Assembly (NCBI GenBank): GCA_947629005.1
Contig: CANRCD010000002.1
Location: 240,488-304,487, forward strand
Reading direction: 5' to 3'
Origin: an uncultured Clostridia bacterium
GTDB lineage: Bacteria; Bacillota; Clostridia; UMGS1883
Length of the DNA: 64,000 nucleotides
The position numbers were made by a program, and so were the translations under genes. Below the pieces are notes generated by a model. That model was not told the origin of the DNA, did not search any database, and worked only from the letters and a program-made list of their open reading frames with translations. The stretch's first letter is position 1, and every line of letters starts with the position of its first letter. Positions 17,899-26,580 of this stretch are shown piece by piece.

Positions 17899-17946
17899 AA
17901 TAACTGTATAATGGGTAAAATTAGGATTTTTTAAGGAGGTATATAC

Positions 17947-19398
17947 ATGGACACAATGGAAAAGCTTGCTCTCCTCCGCGAAGCCGCCGAAAAGGCCGGC
18001 GGAGAAAAGCGAACCGCACGCGACAGAGCGCTTGCCCTGCTGGACGAGGGCAGCTTTGTTGAAGTCGGAGCCCTTGTTTCCGCGAGGGATCGCTTTACCG
18101 CGGCGGACGGCGTTGTTACGGGCTACGGCACCGTTGACGACAGGCTGGTGTTCGTATACTCGCAGGACCCCGACGTCATGGGCGGGGCCGTGGGCGAGGT
18201 GAACGCCGCCAAGATTCGCCGTGTTTACGAAATGGCAAAAAAAATGGGAGCTCCCGTCGTGGGGATACTTGATTCCTGCGGGGCCCGCGTGGGCGAGGGA
18301 GCGGCGGCTCAGGCCGCGATGGGCGGAATTTTCGCCGCGGCGGCCGAACTCAGCGGCGTAGTCCCGATGATAAGCGTCGTTTTGGGCAGCTGCGCCGGAG
18401 GCGAGGCCATGGCCGCCGCGATGAGCGACTTTGTTATTATAAACGAAAAAACGGGCCGTATGTTCGTGAACGGCCCGACGGTAATCAAGTCGGCCACGGG
18501 CAAGGCCGCAGCCGTGGACGGCAAGGGCTCGTTCACGGTCAGCGGCAACGCTCACCTGATGGGCGCGGACGACGCTTCCTGCCTTGCGCAGGCGAGGCTG
18601 CTGCTCAGCTATCTTCCCTCGAATAATCTTTCCGACGCCGTTGTGCTTGACTGCGCCGACGACCTTAACCGCACAAGCGAGCTGCTCTCCTCCCTTGAGG
18701 ACGGGTACGATATGCGCGCCGTCATTGCCGAGGTGGCCGACGACGCTGCGTTCATGGAACTTCAGAGCGAATACGCGAAAAACGCCGTCACGGGCTTTAT
18801 CCGCGTGAACGGCGCAACCGTGGGCGTGGCCGCCAATCAGCCCAGGGAGGACGGCGGCGTGCTTTCTGGCAGGGCCGTTGAAAAGCTGGCCCGTTTTGTG
18901 CGCTTCTGCGACTGCTTCAACATCCCTGTCGTTACCTTTACCGATGTGGACGGCTTCGCCGTCAGCGCCGACGAGGAGGCTTGGGGCCTCGCCCGCAAGG
19001 GAGCGAAGCTGCTTTACGCCTTCGCCGAGGCCACTGTTCCAAAGGTGAACGTAATCGTGGGCAGGGCCTATGGCAGCGGTTACGCGGCCATGAACTCCAA
19101 GCAGCTCGGGGCCGATGTGGTCTATGCCTTCCCTAGGGCCGAGATAGCTCCCCTCAACTCCAAGGCCGGCGTGCAGCTTCTCTACGAGGATAAGCTGCAC
19201 GAGGGAATGAGCCGCGATGAGCTTGAGGCGGCGTATAAGGCCGCCGACGCTTCGCCGCTGCTCGCGGCGTCTGTTGGCGAGGTGGACGACGTTATCAACC
19301 CCGCCGAGGCCAGAAGCCGTATTGCCGCCGCGCTTGAGATGCTTGCCAGCAAGCGTGTCTCGGGCGTCAGCCGCAAGCACGGCAATATGCCCCTTTAA
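17947..19398 (+). CDS. Acyl-CoA carboxyltransferase (12S / methylmalonyl-CoA decarboxylase alpha type)
   Basis: It has the carboxyl_trans domain pattern (GGEKR...LLDEGSFVE, GGAVG, GRAYGSGYAAM) and is 483 aa. Confidence 0.85.
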   Translation: MDTMEKLALLREAAEKAGGEKRTARDRALALLDEGSFVEVGALVSARDRFTAADGVVTGYGTVDDRLVFVYSQDPDVMGGAVGEVNAAKIRRVYEMAKKMGAPVVGILDSCGARVGEGAAAQAAMGGIFAAAAELSGVVPMISVVLGSCAGGEAMAAAMSDFVIINEKTGRMFVNGPTVIKSATGKAAAVDGKGSFTVSGNAHLMGADDASCLAQARLLLSYLPSNNLSDAVVLDCADDLNRTSELLSSLEDGYDMRAVIAEVADDAAFMELQSEYAKNAVTGFIRVNGATVGVAANQPREDGGVLSGRAVEKLARFVRFCDCFNIPVVTFTDVDGFAVSADEEAWGLARKGAKLLYAFAEATVPKVNVIVGRAYGSGYAAMNSKQLGADVVYAFPRAEIAPLNSKAGVQLLYEDKLHEGMSRDELEAAYKAADASPLLAASVGEVDDVINPAEARSRIAAALEMLASKRVSGVSRKHGNMPL

Positions 19399-19410
19399 GA
19401 GGTGAGAAGC

Positions 19411-19755
19411 ATGGAAAAGGATTTTGTCGTTTCCGAGTTACTCGGTCAGGGCGCGGCATATACGGTCATGGGTATATGTATCGTTTTCCTTATACTTATA
19501 ATCATAATGTTCGTAATTAAGGCTATGGCGCTGCTTTCCGCCGAAAAGGCCCCCGAGCCCGAGGCCGCTCCCGCCGCGCCCGTGGCCGCCGAGGCCGAAA
19601 GCGCTGCCGACGAGGGCGAGCTTGTGGCGGTAATAACCGCCGCCGTGGCCGCCTGCATGGGCGCGGACGCCTCGTCCATAGTTGTCAAGTCATACAAAAA
19701 GGCCGATTCGTGGAACAGGGCCGGCCGCAGAGAAGTTATTGAAAACAGATTTTAA
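19411..19755 (+). CDS. OadG/MmdD-like small membrane subunit of Na+-translocating decarboxylase
   Basis: It has a single N-terminal TM (YTVMGICIVFLILIIIMFVI) followed by an Ala/Pro/Glu-rich tail. An RBS GAGGTG precedes the ATG at 19411. Confidence 0.65.
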   Translation: MEKDFVVSELLGQGAAYTVMGICIVFLILIIIMFVIKAMALLSAEKAPEPEAAPAAPVAAEAESAADEGELVAVITAAVAACMGADASSIVVKSYKKADSWNRAGRREVIENRF

Positions 19756-19769
19756 GGAGGATAAACACC

Positions 19770-20129
19770 ATGAGAAAATTTATCGTAAACGTAAACGGAA
19801 ATTCCTATGAGGTCGAGGTCGAGGAGGTAGGCGCTTCCGCCGCCGCTCCCGCCCCTGCCGCTGCCGCCGCCCCCAAGGCCGCCGCTCCCGCCCCCAAGAA
19901 GGCCGCCGCCCCGCTTAACGGCGTTCCCGTAAAGGCCCCCATGCCCGGCAACGTGCTCGACATCAAGGTTTCGAGCGGGGCAACGGTAAAGGCCGGCGAT
20001 ACCCTTGTAATCCTCGAAGCAATGAAGATGGAGAACGAAATCAAGGCTCCTCAGGCCGGCGTGGTAACGGTGGTAGTCTCCAAGGGCTCCACGGTCAACA
20101 CCGGCGACGTTCTTGTGACAATAGCCTGA
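19770..20129 (+). CDS. Biotin carboxyl carrier protein (1.3S / MmdC type)
   Basis: It has an Ala/Pro linker followed by the biotinylation motif EAMKMENEI. Confidence 0.9.
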   Translation: MRKFIVNVNGNSYEVEVEEVGASAAAPAPAAAAAPKAAAPAPKKAAAPLNGVPVKAPMPGNVLDIKVSSGATVKAGDTLVILEAMKMENEIKAPQAGVVTVVVSKGSTVNTGDVLVTIA

Positions 20130-20159
20130 CAAGAACGGAGAGAATGGAGTTGATATAAG

Positions 20160-21413
20160 TTGCTGACTAAATTAGTGGAGGGCTTCGCGGCCTTTTTCGC
20201 CAAGACCGGCGTGGCTGAGATTGTCGGCGGCTTTCTGTCCGACGGAGGATGGAAAACCCTCGTCATGCTTGCCATTGCCTGCGTGCTCCTTTACCTTGCC
20301 ATTGTAAAGCAGTTCGAGCCGCTTCTGCTGCTGCCCATCGCTTTCGGTATGCTCATCGCGAACCTGCCGCTGGGCGAGGTCATGCACATGGAGCTGTTCA
20401 TTGACCCCAACGACCCTAACGCCCATCTGAACATTCAGCGTATCGTCGAGGAGGGCGGACTGCTCGACCTCTTGTACTTGGGCGTTAAGCTGGGCATATA
20501 CCCGCCGCTCATCTTCCTCGGTATCGGCTGTATGACGGATTTCGGCCCGCTCATCGCTAACCCCAAGAGCATTCTGCTCGGGGCGGCGGCGCAGCTTGGC
20601 GTGTTCATCACGTTTATTGGCGCTATCGTGCTCGGCGCCTTCGGCATCGGCGGCTTTGGCGCGGACGGCACTATGGAAACCATCTTTAAGGAGGCCGCCT
20701 CGATAGGCATAATCGGCGGCGCCGACGGACCCACGGCCATATACGTTACAAAGACGCTGGCCCCCGGCCTTCTCAGCGCCATCGCCATAGCGGCCTATTC
20801 CTACATGGCGCTTATTCCCGTTATCCAGCCCCCCATAATGAAAGCCCTCACTACAAAGGAGGAGAGGCAGATAGTTATGGAGCAGCTCCGTCCCGTCACC
20901 AAAAGGGAAAAGATACTTTTCCCCATAATCGTGACGCTGGTGGTCGTGCTGTTGGTTCCCGACGCGGCCCCGCTTGTCGGTATGCTTATGCTGGGCAACC
21001 TTATCAAAGAGAGCGGCGTGGCTGACCGCCTGTGCAAGACTGCTCAGAACGAGCTTATGAATATAATTACGATTTTCCTCGGCCTTACGGTGGGCGCCAC
21101 CGCCACGGCCGAAACCTTCCTCACCCCCAAAACGCTGCTCATCATCTGCCTCGGCCTTGTGGCCTTCAGCGTCAGCACAGCCGGCGGCCTTATCTTCGGC
21201 AAGATAATGTGCAAGGCCACGGGCGGCAAAATAAACCCGCTCATCGGCAGCGCCGGCGTCAGCGCCGTACCAATGGCCGCGCGTATGTCCCAGAAGGTGG
21301 GCCAGGAGGAAAACCCCGCGAACTTCCTTCTGATGCACGCGATGGGGCCAAACGTCGCCGGCGTTATCGGCAGCGCGGTCGCGGCGGGCGTGTTCTTAGC
21401 GCTGTTTAATTAA
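20160..21413 (+). CDS. Na+-translocating decarboxylase beta subunit (OadB/MmdB/GcdB family)
   Basis: It is a polytopic membrane protein with FEPLLLLPIAFGMLIANLP and GADGPT motifs. Confidence 0.9.
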   Translation: MLTKLVEGFAAFFAKTGVAEIVGGFLSDGGWKTLVMLAIACVLLYLAIVKQFEPLLLLPIAFGMLIANLPLGEVMHMELFIDPNDPNAHLNIQRIVEEGGLLDLLYLGVKLGIYPPLIFLGIGCMTDFGPLIANPKSILLGAAAQLGVFITFIGAIVLGAFGIGGFGADGTMETIFKEAASIGIIGGADGPTAIYVTKTLAPGLLSAIAIAAYSYMALIPVIQPPIMKALTTKEERQIVMEQLRPVTKREKILFPIIVTLVVVLLVPDAAPLVGMLMLGNLIKESGVADRLCKTAQNELMNIITIFLGLTVGATATAETFLTPKTLLIICLGLVAFSVSTAGGLIFGKIMCKATGGKINPLIGSAGVSAVPMAARMSQKVGQEENPANFLLMHAMGPNVAGVIGSAVAAGVFLALFN

Positions 21414-21428
21414 AGGAGGATATCAAAC

Positions 21429-22835
21429 ATGGACAACAAAAAACCGGTCAAGATAACCGAAACCATACTCCGCGACGCACATCAGTCTCTCATCGCCACG
21501 CGAATGACAACCGATGAAATTCTCGGCGCGGTGGAAATGCTGGATAAGGTCGGCTTCAACGCGCTGGAAGCTTGGGGCGGCGCCACCTTCGACAGCTGCC
21601 TGCGCTTCCTCAACGAGGACCCGTGGGAGCGGCTGCGCAAAATAAAGGCCAAGGCCAAAAACACCCCCATCCAAATGCTGTTCCGCGGCCAGAATATCCT
21701 CGGCTACCGCCACTACGCCGACGATGTTGTTGAGTACTTTGTACAGAAGTCCATCGCAAACGGAGTTGACATAATCCGTATATTTGACGCCCTCAACGAC
21801 GTTCGCAATCTTAGAACGGCAATAAACGCCACTATAAAGGAAAAGGGCCACGTTCAGGCCGCGATCTCCTACACTATCAGTCCCGTGCATAACAACGCTT
21901 CCTTTGTGGAGCTGGCGAAGCAGCTTGAAGGCATGGGCGCAAATTCCATCTGCATTAAGGACATGGCCGGACTGCTTACGCCGTATAACGCCTATGAGCT
22001 TGTCACTGCCATGAAGAAGGCCGTCAAGATACCCATCGAGCTTCACACTCACTACACAAGCGGCGTCGCATCCATGACCTACCTTAAGGCCATTGAAGCC
22101 GGAGTTGATATTGTGGACTGCGCCATGTCGCCCTTTGCTATGGGTACGTCTCAGCCGCCTACAGAGTCGCTCGTAGCCACCCTTAAGGACACCCCCTACG
22201 ACACAGGGCTTGACCTCGGTCTGCTCAGCGACATCGCCGATTACTTCCGCCCGATTCGTGAGAAGTACATCAAGGAGGGAGTGCTGAACCCCAAGTCCCT
22301 CGCGGTGGATGTGAACACCCTCAAATATCAGGTGCCGGGCGGTATGCTGAGCAACCTTATATCTCAGCTTAAACAGCTCGGGGCCGAGGATAAGTTCCAA
22401 GAGGTGCTTAAGGAGGTTCCGCGCGTCCGCGAGGACGCCGGTTTCCCGCCGCTTGTAACGCCCACCAGCCAGATAGTCGGCTCTCAGGCCGTGTTCAACG
22501 TGGTGCTCGGCGAACGCTATAAGAACGTGACGAAGGAGTTCCGAGGCCTTATAAAGGGCGAGTACGGCAAAACTCCCGTTGAGATAAAGCCCGAATTCGT
22601 AAAGCGGATAATCGGGGACGAAAAGCGCATAACAAAGCGTCCCGCCGACGATATACCCAACGAGCTCGACCGCTTCCGCGGCGAAATAAAGGAGTATATC
22701 GAGCAGGACGAGGACGTTCTGAGCTACGCGCTCTTTGGGCAGGTGGCCGTGAAGTACTTTAAGTTCCGTCAGGCCGGCAGGCTCGGCGTTGAGCCGGAAC
22801 TCGCCAACGCCGGCGATAAGGTTCACCCCATGTAG
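21429..22835 (+). CDS. Oxaloacetate decarboxylase alpha / transcarboxylase 5S-type carboxyltransferase, lacking a biotinyl domain
   Basis: It has an HMGL-like TIM barrel (ITETILRDAHQSL, IKDMAGLL, HTHYTSG) and PYC_OADA. At 468 aa it ends without an AMKM motif. Confidence 0.85.
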   Translation: MDNKKPVKITETILRDAHQSLIATRMTTDEILGAVEMLDKVGFNALEAWGGATFDSCLRFLNEDPWERLRKIKAKAKNTPIQMLFRGQNILGYRHYADDVVEYFVQKSIANGVDIIRIFDALNDVRNLRTAINATIKEKGHVQAAISYTISPVHNNASFVELAKQLEGMGANSICIKDMAGLLTPYNAYELVTAMKKAVKIPIELHTHYTSGVASMTYLKAIEAGVDIVDCAMSPFAMGTSQPPTESLVATLKDTPYDTGLDLGLLSDIADYFRPIREKYIKEGVLNPKSLAVDVNTLKYQVPGGMLSNLISQLKQLGAEDKFQEVLKEVPRVREDAGFPPLVTPTSQIVGSQAVFNVVLGERYKNVTKEFRGLIKGEYGKTPVEIKPEFVKRIIGDEKRITKRPADDIPNELDRFRGEIKEYIEQDEDVLSYALFGQVAVKYFKFRQAGRLGVEPELANAGDKVHPM

Positions 22836-22870
22836 GGGTTAAGAAAAGGAAAATTGTTTGAAATATAAAG

Positions 22871-22899
22871 AAAATCCGCCGTTGGGCGGATTTTCTTTG
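22871..22899 (+). terminator. Intrinsic terminator AAAATCCGCC-GTTG-GGCGGATTTT plus T-run
   Basis: Read directly after the decarboxylase cluster. Confidence 0.8.
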
Positions 22900-22984
22900 T
22901 TTAATCTTTTCTGCTTGGCTGCCGTAAATACATCGCCCGCCGCCGCGGCGGCCTGCGCAACTTTTTTACAGCCGCTTCTGTTTG

Positions 22985-23191
22985 TCAGCCGTTGTCCCTT
23001 ACGGGTATCTTCTCCTTGAAAAGGAGGGTTATCGACCAGAGGCCGCCCAGCGCTACAAGGGTATAGATTATGCGGCTGAGGATTGACGCCTGACCACCGA
23101 ACAGGGTGGCCACGAGGTCAACGCCGAACAGGCCGATGCTGCCCCAGTTGAGCGCGCCGATAATTACAAGAACCAACGCTGTGTTGTCCAT
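22985..23191 (-). CDS. DUF378 small membrane protein
   Basis: LVIIGALNWGSIGLFGVDLVA is the typical DUF378 signature. It is 68 aa. Confidence 0.8.
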   Translation of the reverse strand: MDNTALVLVIIGALNWGSIGLFGVDLVATLFGGQASILSRIIYTLVALGGLWSITLLFKEKIPVRDNG

Positions 23192-23237
23192 TTAACATAC
23201 CTCCTAAAAGCATTTCAAGGGAAGTATGTCCATTTTT

Positions 23238-24008
23238 TTATTTATTATTCATGCCCGCGTCGCGTTGCTTTGCGGCCTCGTATATCACCAGTGCCGCCGC
23301 AACCGAGGCGTTGAGGGAATTTACGCTGCCGCGCATGGGAATTTTTACCAAAAAATCGCATTTTTCCGCCACAAGACGGCTCAGTCCCTCGCCCTCGCTG
23401 CCGATAACTATGGCCACGGGCCCTCTTAAGTCGGCCTTGTAGAGGCTGCGGTCGCCGGCGGCGTCGGCTCCGGTAATCCAGAGACCTTCTTTTTTAAGGC
23501 TGTCAATAGTCTTAGCGAGATTGCCAACCCGTGCCACGGGAGTGTATTCCACGGCTCCGGCGCTGGCTTTAGCGGCAGCGGCGGTGACGCCCACTCCGCC
23601 GTGGCGCGGAATGATAACGCCATGGGCTCCGGCACAGTTTGCGGTGCGGATGACGCTGCCGAGATTATGCGGGTCGGCCACGCGGTCAAGTATCACTATA
23701 AAGGGCGGCTCGCCGCGGCTGCGGGCAATTTCGAGAATATCCTCCACAGAGGCGTACTCGATTGGCGAGGCCTGCGCGATAACGCCCTGATGATTCTTGG
23801 TTTCGCTCATTTCGTCAAGGCGGGCGGCGTCAACCTCGGTGACGGTTATGCCTCGGCGGGCGGCCTCGCGCAGGATTGGGATTATGCTGCCCTGCTTTTC
23901 GCCCCTTTTCACGTACAGCTTGTCTATCTGCCGGCCGCTTTTCAGAGCCTCGGCCACGGGATTGCGGCCCTCAATTTTATCGCTTCTGTCGTGTGTTTCG
24001 GCGGGCAT
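23238..24008 (-). CDS. rlmB: 23S rRNA (guanosine-2'-O)-methyltransferase, SpoU/TrmH family (RlmB-like)
   Basis: It has the N-terminal SpoU_sub_bind (EGRNPVAEAL), then DPHNLG, GSEGEGLS and SLNASVAA. Confidence 0.85.
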   Translation of the reverse strand: MPAETHDRSDKIEGRNPVAEALKSGRQIDKLYVKRGEKQGSIIPILREAARRGITVTEVDAARLDEMSETKNHQGVIAQASPIEYASVEDILEIARSRGEPPFIVILDRVADPHNLGSVIRTANCAGAHGVIIPRHGGVGVTAAAAKASAGAVEYTPVARVGNLAKTIDSLKKEGLWITGADAAGDRSLYKADLRGPVAIVIGSEGEGLSRLVAEKCDFLVKIPMRGSVNSLNASVAAALVIYEAAKQRDAGMNNK

Positions 24009-24013
24009 TTGCC

Positions 24014-26566
24014 TCAGTCCTTCCTATCACGTTTCTTTTTTGCTCTGCTGCCGAAAATCAGCTTGATGAGCTCCGCCGGCGCCACGGAAAGCGCGCCTGA
24101 GGCCGCGGCCGCCGCAATGACGGACGGGCTCAGAGAGTCCGCGCCGAGGGCGCGGCTGAGCGAGGGAACCACAATGGCCAGAACTCCGGCGAGTATGCAG
24201 AGCAGTAGGCAGACCGGCGCGGCATGGTTCTTGCCGAGCCGTTTAAAAATGAGCTCGTCGCTGCGGCAGCTCTGCGCCATCAGCGTAAAGGCCGCGCACA
24301 GGGCGGCAAAGACCGCTCCTCGCCGTTCGTCAACGGCGAGAGAGCTTGCGGAAATCGCGTAAAACAGCATAGCCGCTCCGCCCATGAGGGTTCCGCGCCA
24401 TATAACCCCGCGAAAGAAGGAGGGTGAAATCCTCCGCTTGACGCGTCCCTGCCGCTTGGCTCGGCTGCCGTCACTCTTGTGGTACGGCTCTCGCCAGACG
24501 GCTGCCGCGCCTATCATCGCCATAACGGTGTTCAGCCATATCACAGCCAGCGGCGAAAACGGTATGGAATATCCCATAATCAGCGAGACCACGGCGCAGA
24601 CCATCTCAGCCGCGTTGCATGAGAGCAAAAAGCCAACAATGCGCCCGTTATTGACAAAGGCGCGCTTGCACTCGCGCACAGCGGCGGCAAGCCGCATAAG
24701 ACCGGCGCCGCTGACGTTCACGTCCGCCGCGGCCGCGCATACTCCGGCCGATACGTCGGTGGCGGCCGAAGCCGCGCTGCGGTTCATGGCGTCCACATCT
24801 TTCGCGCCGCGGCCAACTGTGACTACGCTATCGCTGCCGGAGTTTATTTCAGCCACTATGTCAGCCTTCATTGCGGGCGGAGTGTCAGCAAGTACGGTGT
24901 TGCGCATTATCCGGCTGAGAGAGCCCGCGCAGTCCGGCCCGCGGAACACCCCGCCGCGGCCTATGCCGCAGGCGGCGGCCACAGCCGTGGCCGAGGTGAG
25001 ATTGTCGTCAGTAATGATGCAGACCTTCACGCCCATTGAGTTGAGGGCCTTGACGGCCTGAGCGGAATCCGTGCGGACAGGGTTGCTGAGCCCCATAAGT
25101 CCCACAAAGATAAGGCCGCTTTCGGGATCGCCGCCAAGGTCGCGCACGTCTTTGTACGCCACGCCGATAACGGTCAGCGCTTTGCTTGCCATGGACTGAG
25201 CGTCTCCGATAACGGCGGCTATGTCGCGCGGAGCGTCGAGCAGACGCGCTCCGTTGTCGTATATATAAGAGCAACGAGACAGCACCGCGTCGGCGCCGCC
25301 TTTGCAGATTATCCTGTAGCCATGAGGCGTCTTGTGGACAGTCGTCATGACGTGGGCCGAGCTGCGGTTGTCAAGTACCTGCTCGGACGGGTACTTGACG
25401 CGGATATCCTCCTCGGTGAGACCGTTTGCAAGAGCATCGCTCACGAGGGCCACTTGCATGGCGTCGCCGGTGAGACGGCCATCCTCAAAAACAGCTGTGG
25501 TACACATGGCCGCGAGCAGGCGGAGTTCGTTCTCATCGAAGCCCTTGCCCGCGCGAAGCTCGCTTACGCCAAAGCCAAGCTCGGTAACCGTTCCGCGCTT
25601 ACCAACGCAGAGCACCGACGAGCCGCCCACGGCCTCCATGGCCGAAACCGAGCTTACGTCAACGCCGCGCTTCTTAAGGCTGAATATGTCGAAACCCGTG
25701 GTGACGAGCAGAATGGCTGACAGCGACACGGGCGCCGCTGTCAGCGCCGCCGATATGGAGTTCCCAAAGGCTGAGACCACTCCGTATCCGCCCAAAAGGC
25801 GCAGCGCCAGCGCAGCGGCCCACATAACGGCAGCGGACAAGGCGCAGACCGCGCCAATGGACGAAACCCGCGCCGCCAGCGCTGACGACGGCGCTCTGCG
25901 GCTCAAAGCTTCCAGCGCGCGGCCGAGCTGAGTGTCGCCGCCGACGTCTGTAACAATAGCCTTCGCACTGCCGCTTAGTATTTTTGTGCCCATATAAAGT
26001 GCGGTTATACTCTCGTTTTCCAGCCCACATACGGCGGATTTCGTCACCGAGGAGACGTCGCCGTCGATGACGCTTTCGTCCACTACCAGCGACTCGCACT
26101 CGATTATTTTTGCGTCTGCGGGAACGGTCTGACCCTTTTCGAGCAGACACACGTCGCCCCTTGTGAGCAGCGAAGCCAGCGCCCGCTGCTCCATCCCGCC
26201 GCGGATTACGCGCACGGTCTGGCTCTGAGCATCTTTAAGAGCGCTTGCCGCGGAGCTTTCGCGGCGCAGTCCGATATAGCCAACGGCGGCGTTCACCGCC
26301 GCGCACAGCGCCAGCACCGCCGCCACGGGCCCCCTATCTGCACCGCCCGCCGCAAGCTGGAGCAGCGCCATAAGCAGCAGCGCTGTGTTCAGCGGTGAAA
26401 ACAGGCGGCGGAAAAAGCCCGCGAAGGTCTTTTTGACCCTCGGCACACGGATAGTGTTGCGCCCTCGGCTGTGGATACGCTCGTGGGCGCTCTCTACCGT
26501 CAGCCCCCTTGCCGTATCGGAACCCAACTCGGCTGCAATCTCCGCGGCGGACAGCTTATAGTTCAT
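24014..26566 (-). CDS. P-type ATPase homolog with degenerate catalytic motifs (predicted pseudo-ATPase)
   Basis: It has the P-type fold order with substitutions: N-terminal GLT..A..R, LCVGKRGTVT in place of ICSDKTGTLT, IDGDVSS for TGES, PVSL for PEGL, SNPVR for DPPR, IITDDN for ITGD, and VGRGAKDVDAM for GDGVNDAPAL. Confidence 0.75.
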   Translation of the reverse strand: MNYKLSAAEIAAELGSDTARGLTVESAHERIHSRGRNTIRVPRVKKTFAGFFRRLFSPLNTALLLMALLQLAAGGADRGPVAAVLALCAAVNAAVGYIGLRRESSAASALKDAQSQTVRVIRGGMEQRALASLLTRGDVCLLEKGQTVPADAKIIECESLVVDESVIDGDVSSVTKSAVCGLENESITALYMGTKILSGSAKAIVTDVGGDTQLGRALEALSRRAPSSALAARVSSIGAVCALSAAVMWAAALALRLLGGYGVVSAFGNSISAALTAAPVSLSAILLVTTGFDIFSLKKRGVDVSSVSAMEAVGGSSVLCVGKRGTVTELGFGVSELRAGKGFDENELRLLAAMCTTAVFEDGRLTGDAMQVALVSDALANGLTEEDIRVKYPSEQVLDNRSSAHVMTTVHKTPHGYRIICKGGADAVLSRCSYIYDNGARLLDAPRDIAAVIGDAQSMASKALTVIGVAYKDVRDLGGDPESGLIFVGLMGLSNPVRTDSAQAVKALNSMGVKVCIITDDNLTSATAVAAACGIGRGGVFRGPDCAGSLSRIMRNTVLADTPPAMKADIVAEINSGSDSVVTVGRGAKDVDAMNRSAASAATDVSAGVCAAAADVNVSGAGLMRLAAAVRECKRAFVNNGRIVGFLLSCNAAEMVCAVVSLIMGYSIPFSPLAVIWLNTVMAMIGAAAVWREPYHKSDGSRAKRQGRVKRRISPSFFRGVIWRGTLMGGAAMLFYAISASSLAVDERRGAVFAALCAAFTLMAQSCRSDELIFKRLGKNHAAPVCLLLCILAGVLAIVVPSLSRALGADSLSPSVIAAAAASGALSVAPAELIKLIFGSRAKKKRDRKD

Positions 26567-26580
26567 TTTTCCATCTTCCT

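Noticed and set aside
19840-19915. GC-rich tandem-looking repeats (GCCGCCGCTCCCGCCCC...)
   Set aside because: They encode the Ala/Pro-rich flexible linker typical of biotin carrier proteins. They are not a CRISPR array or a non-coding repeat.
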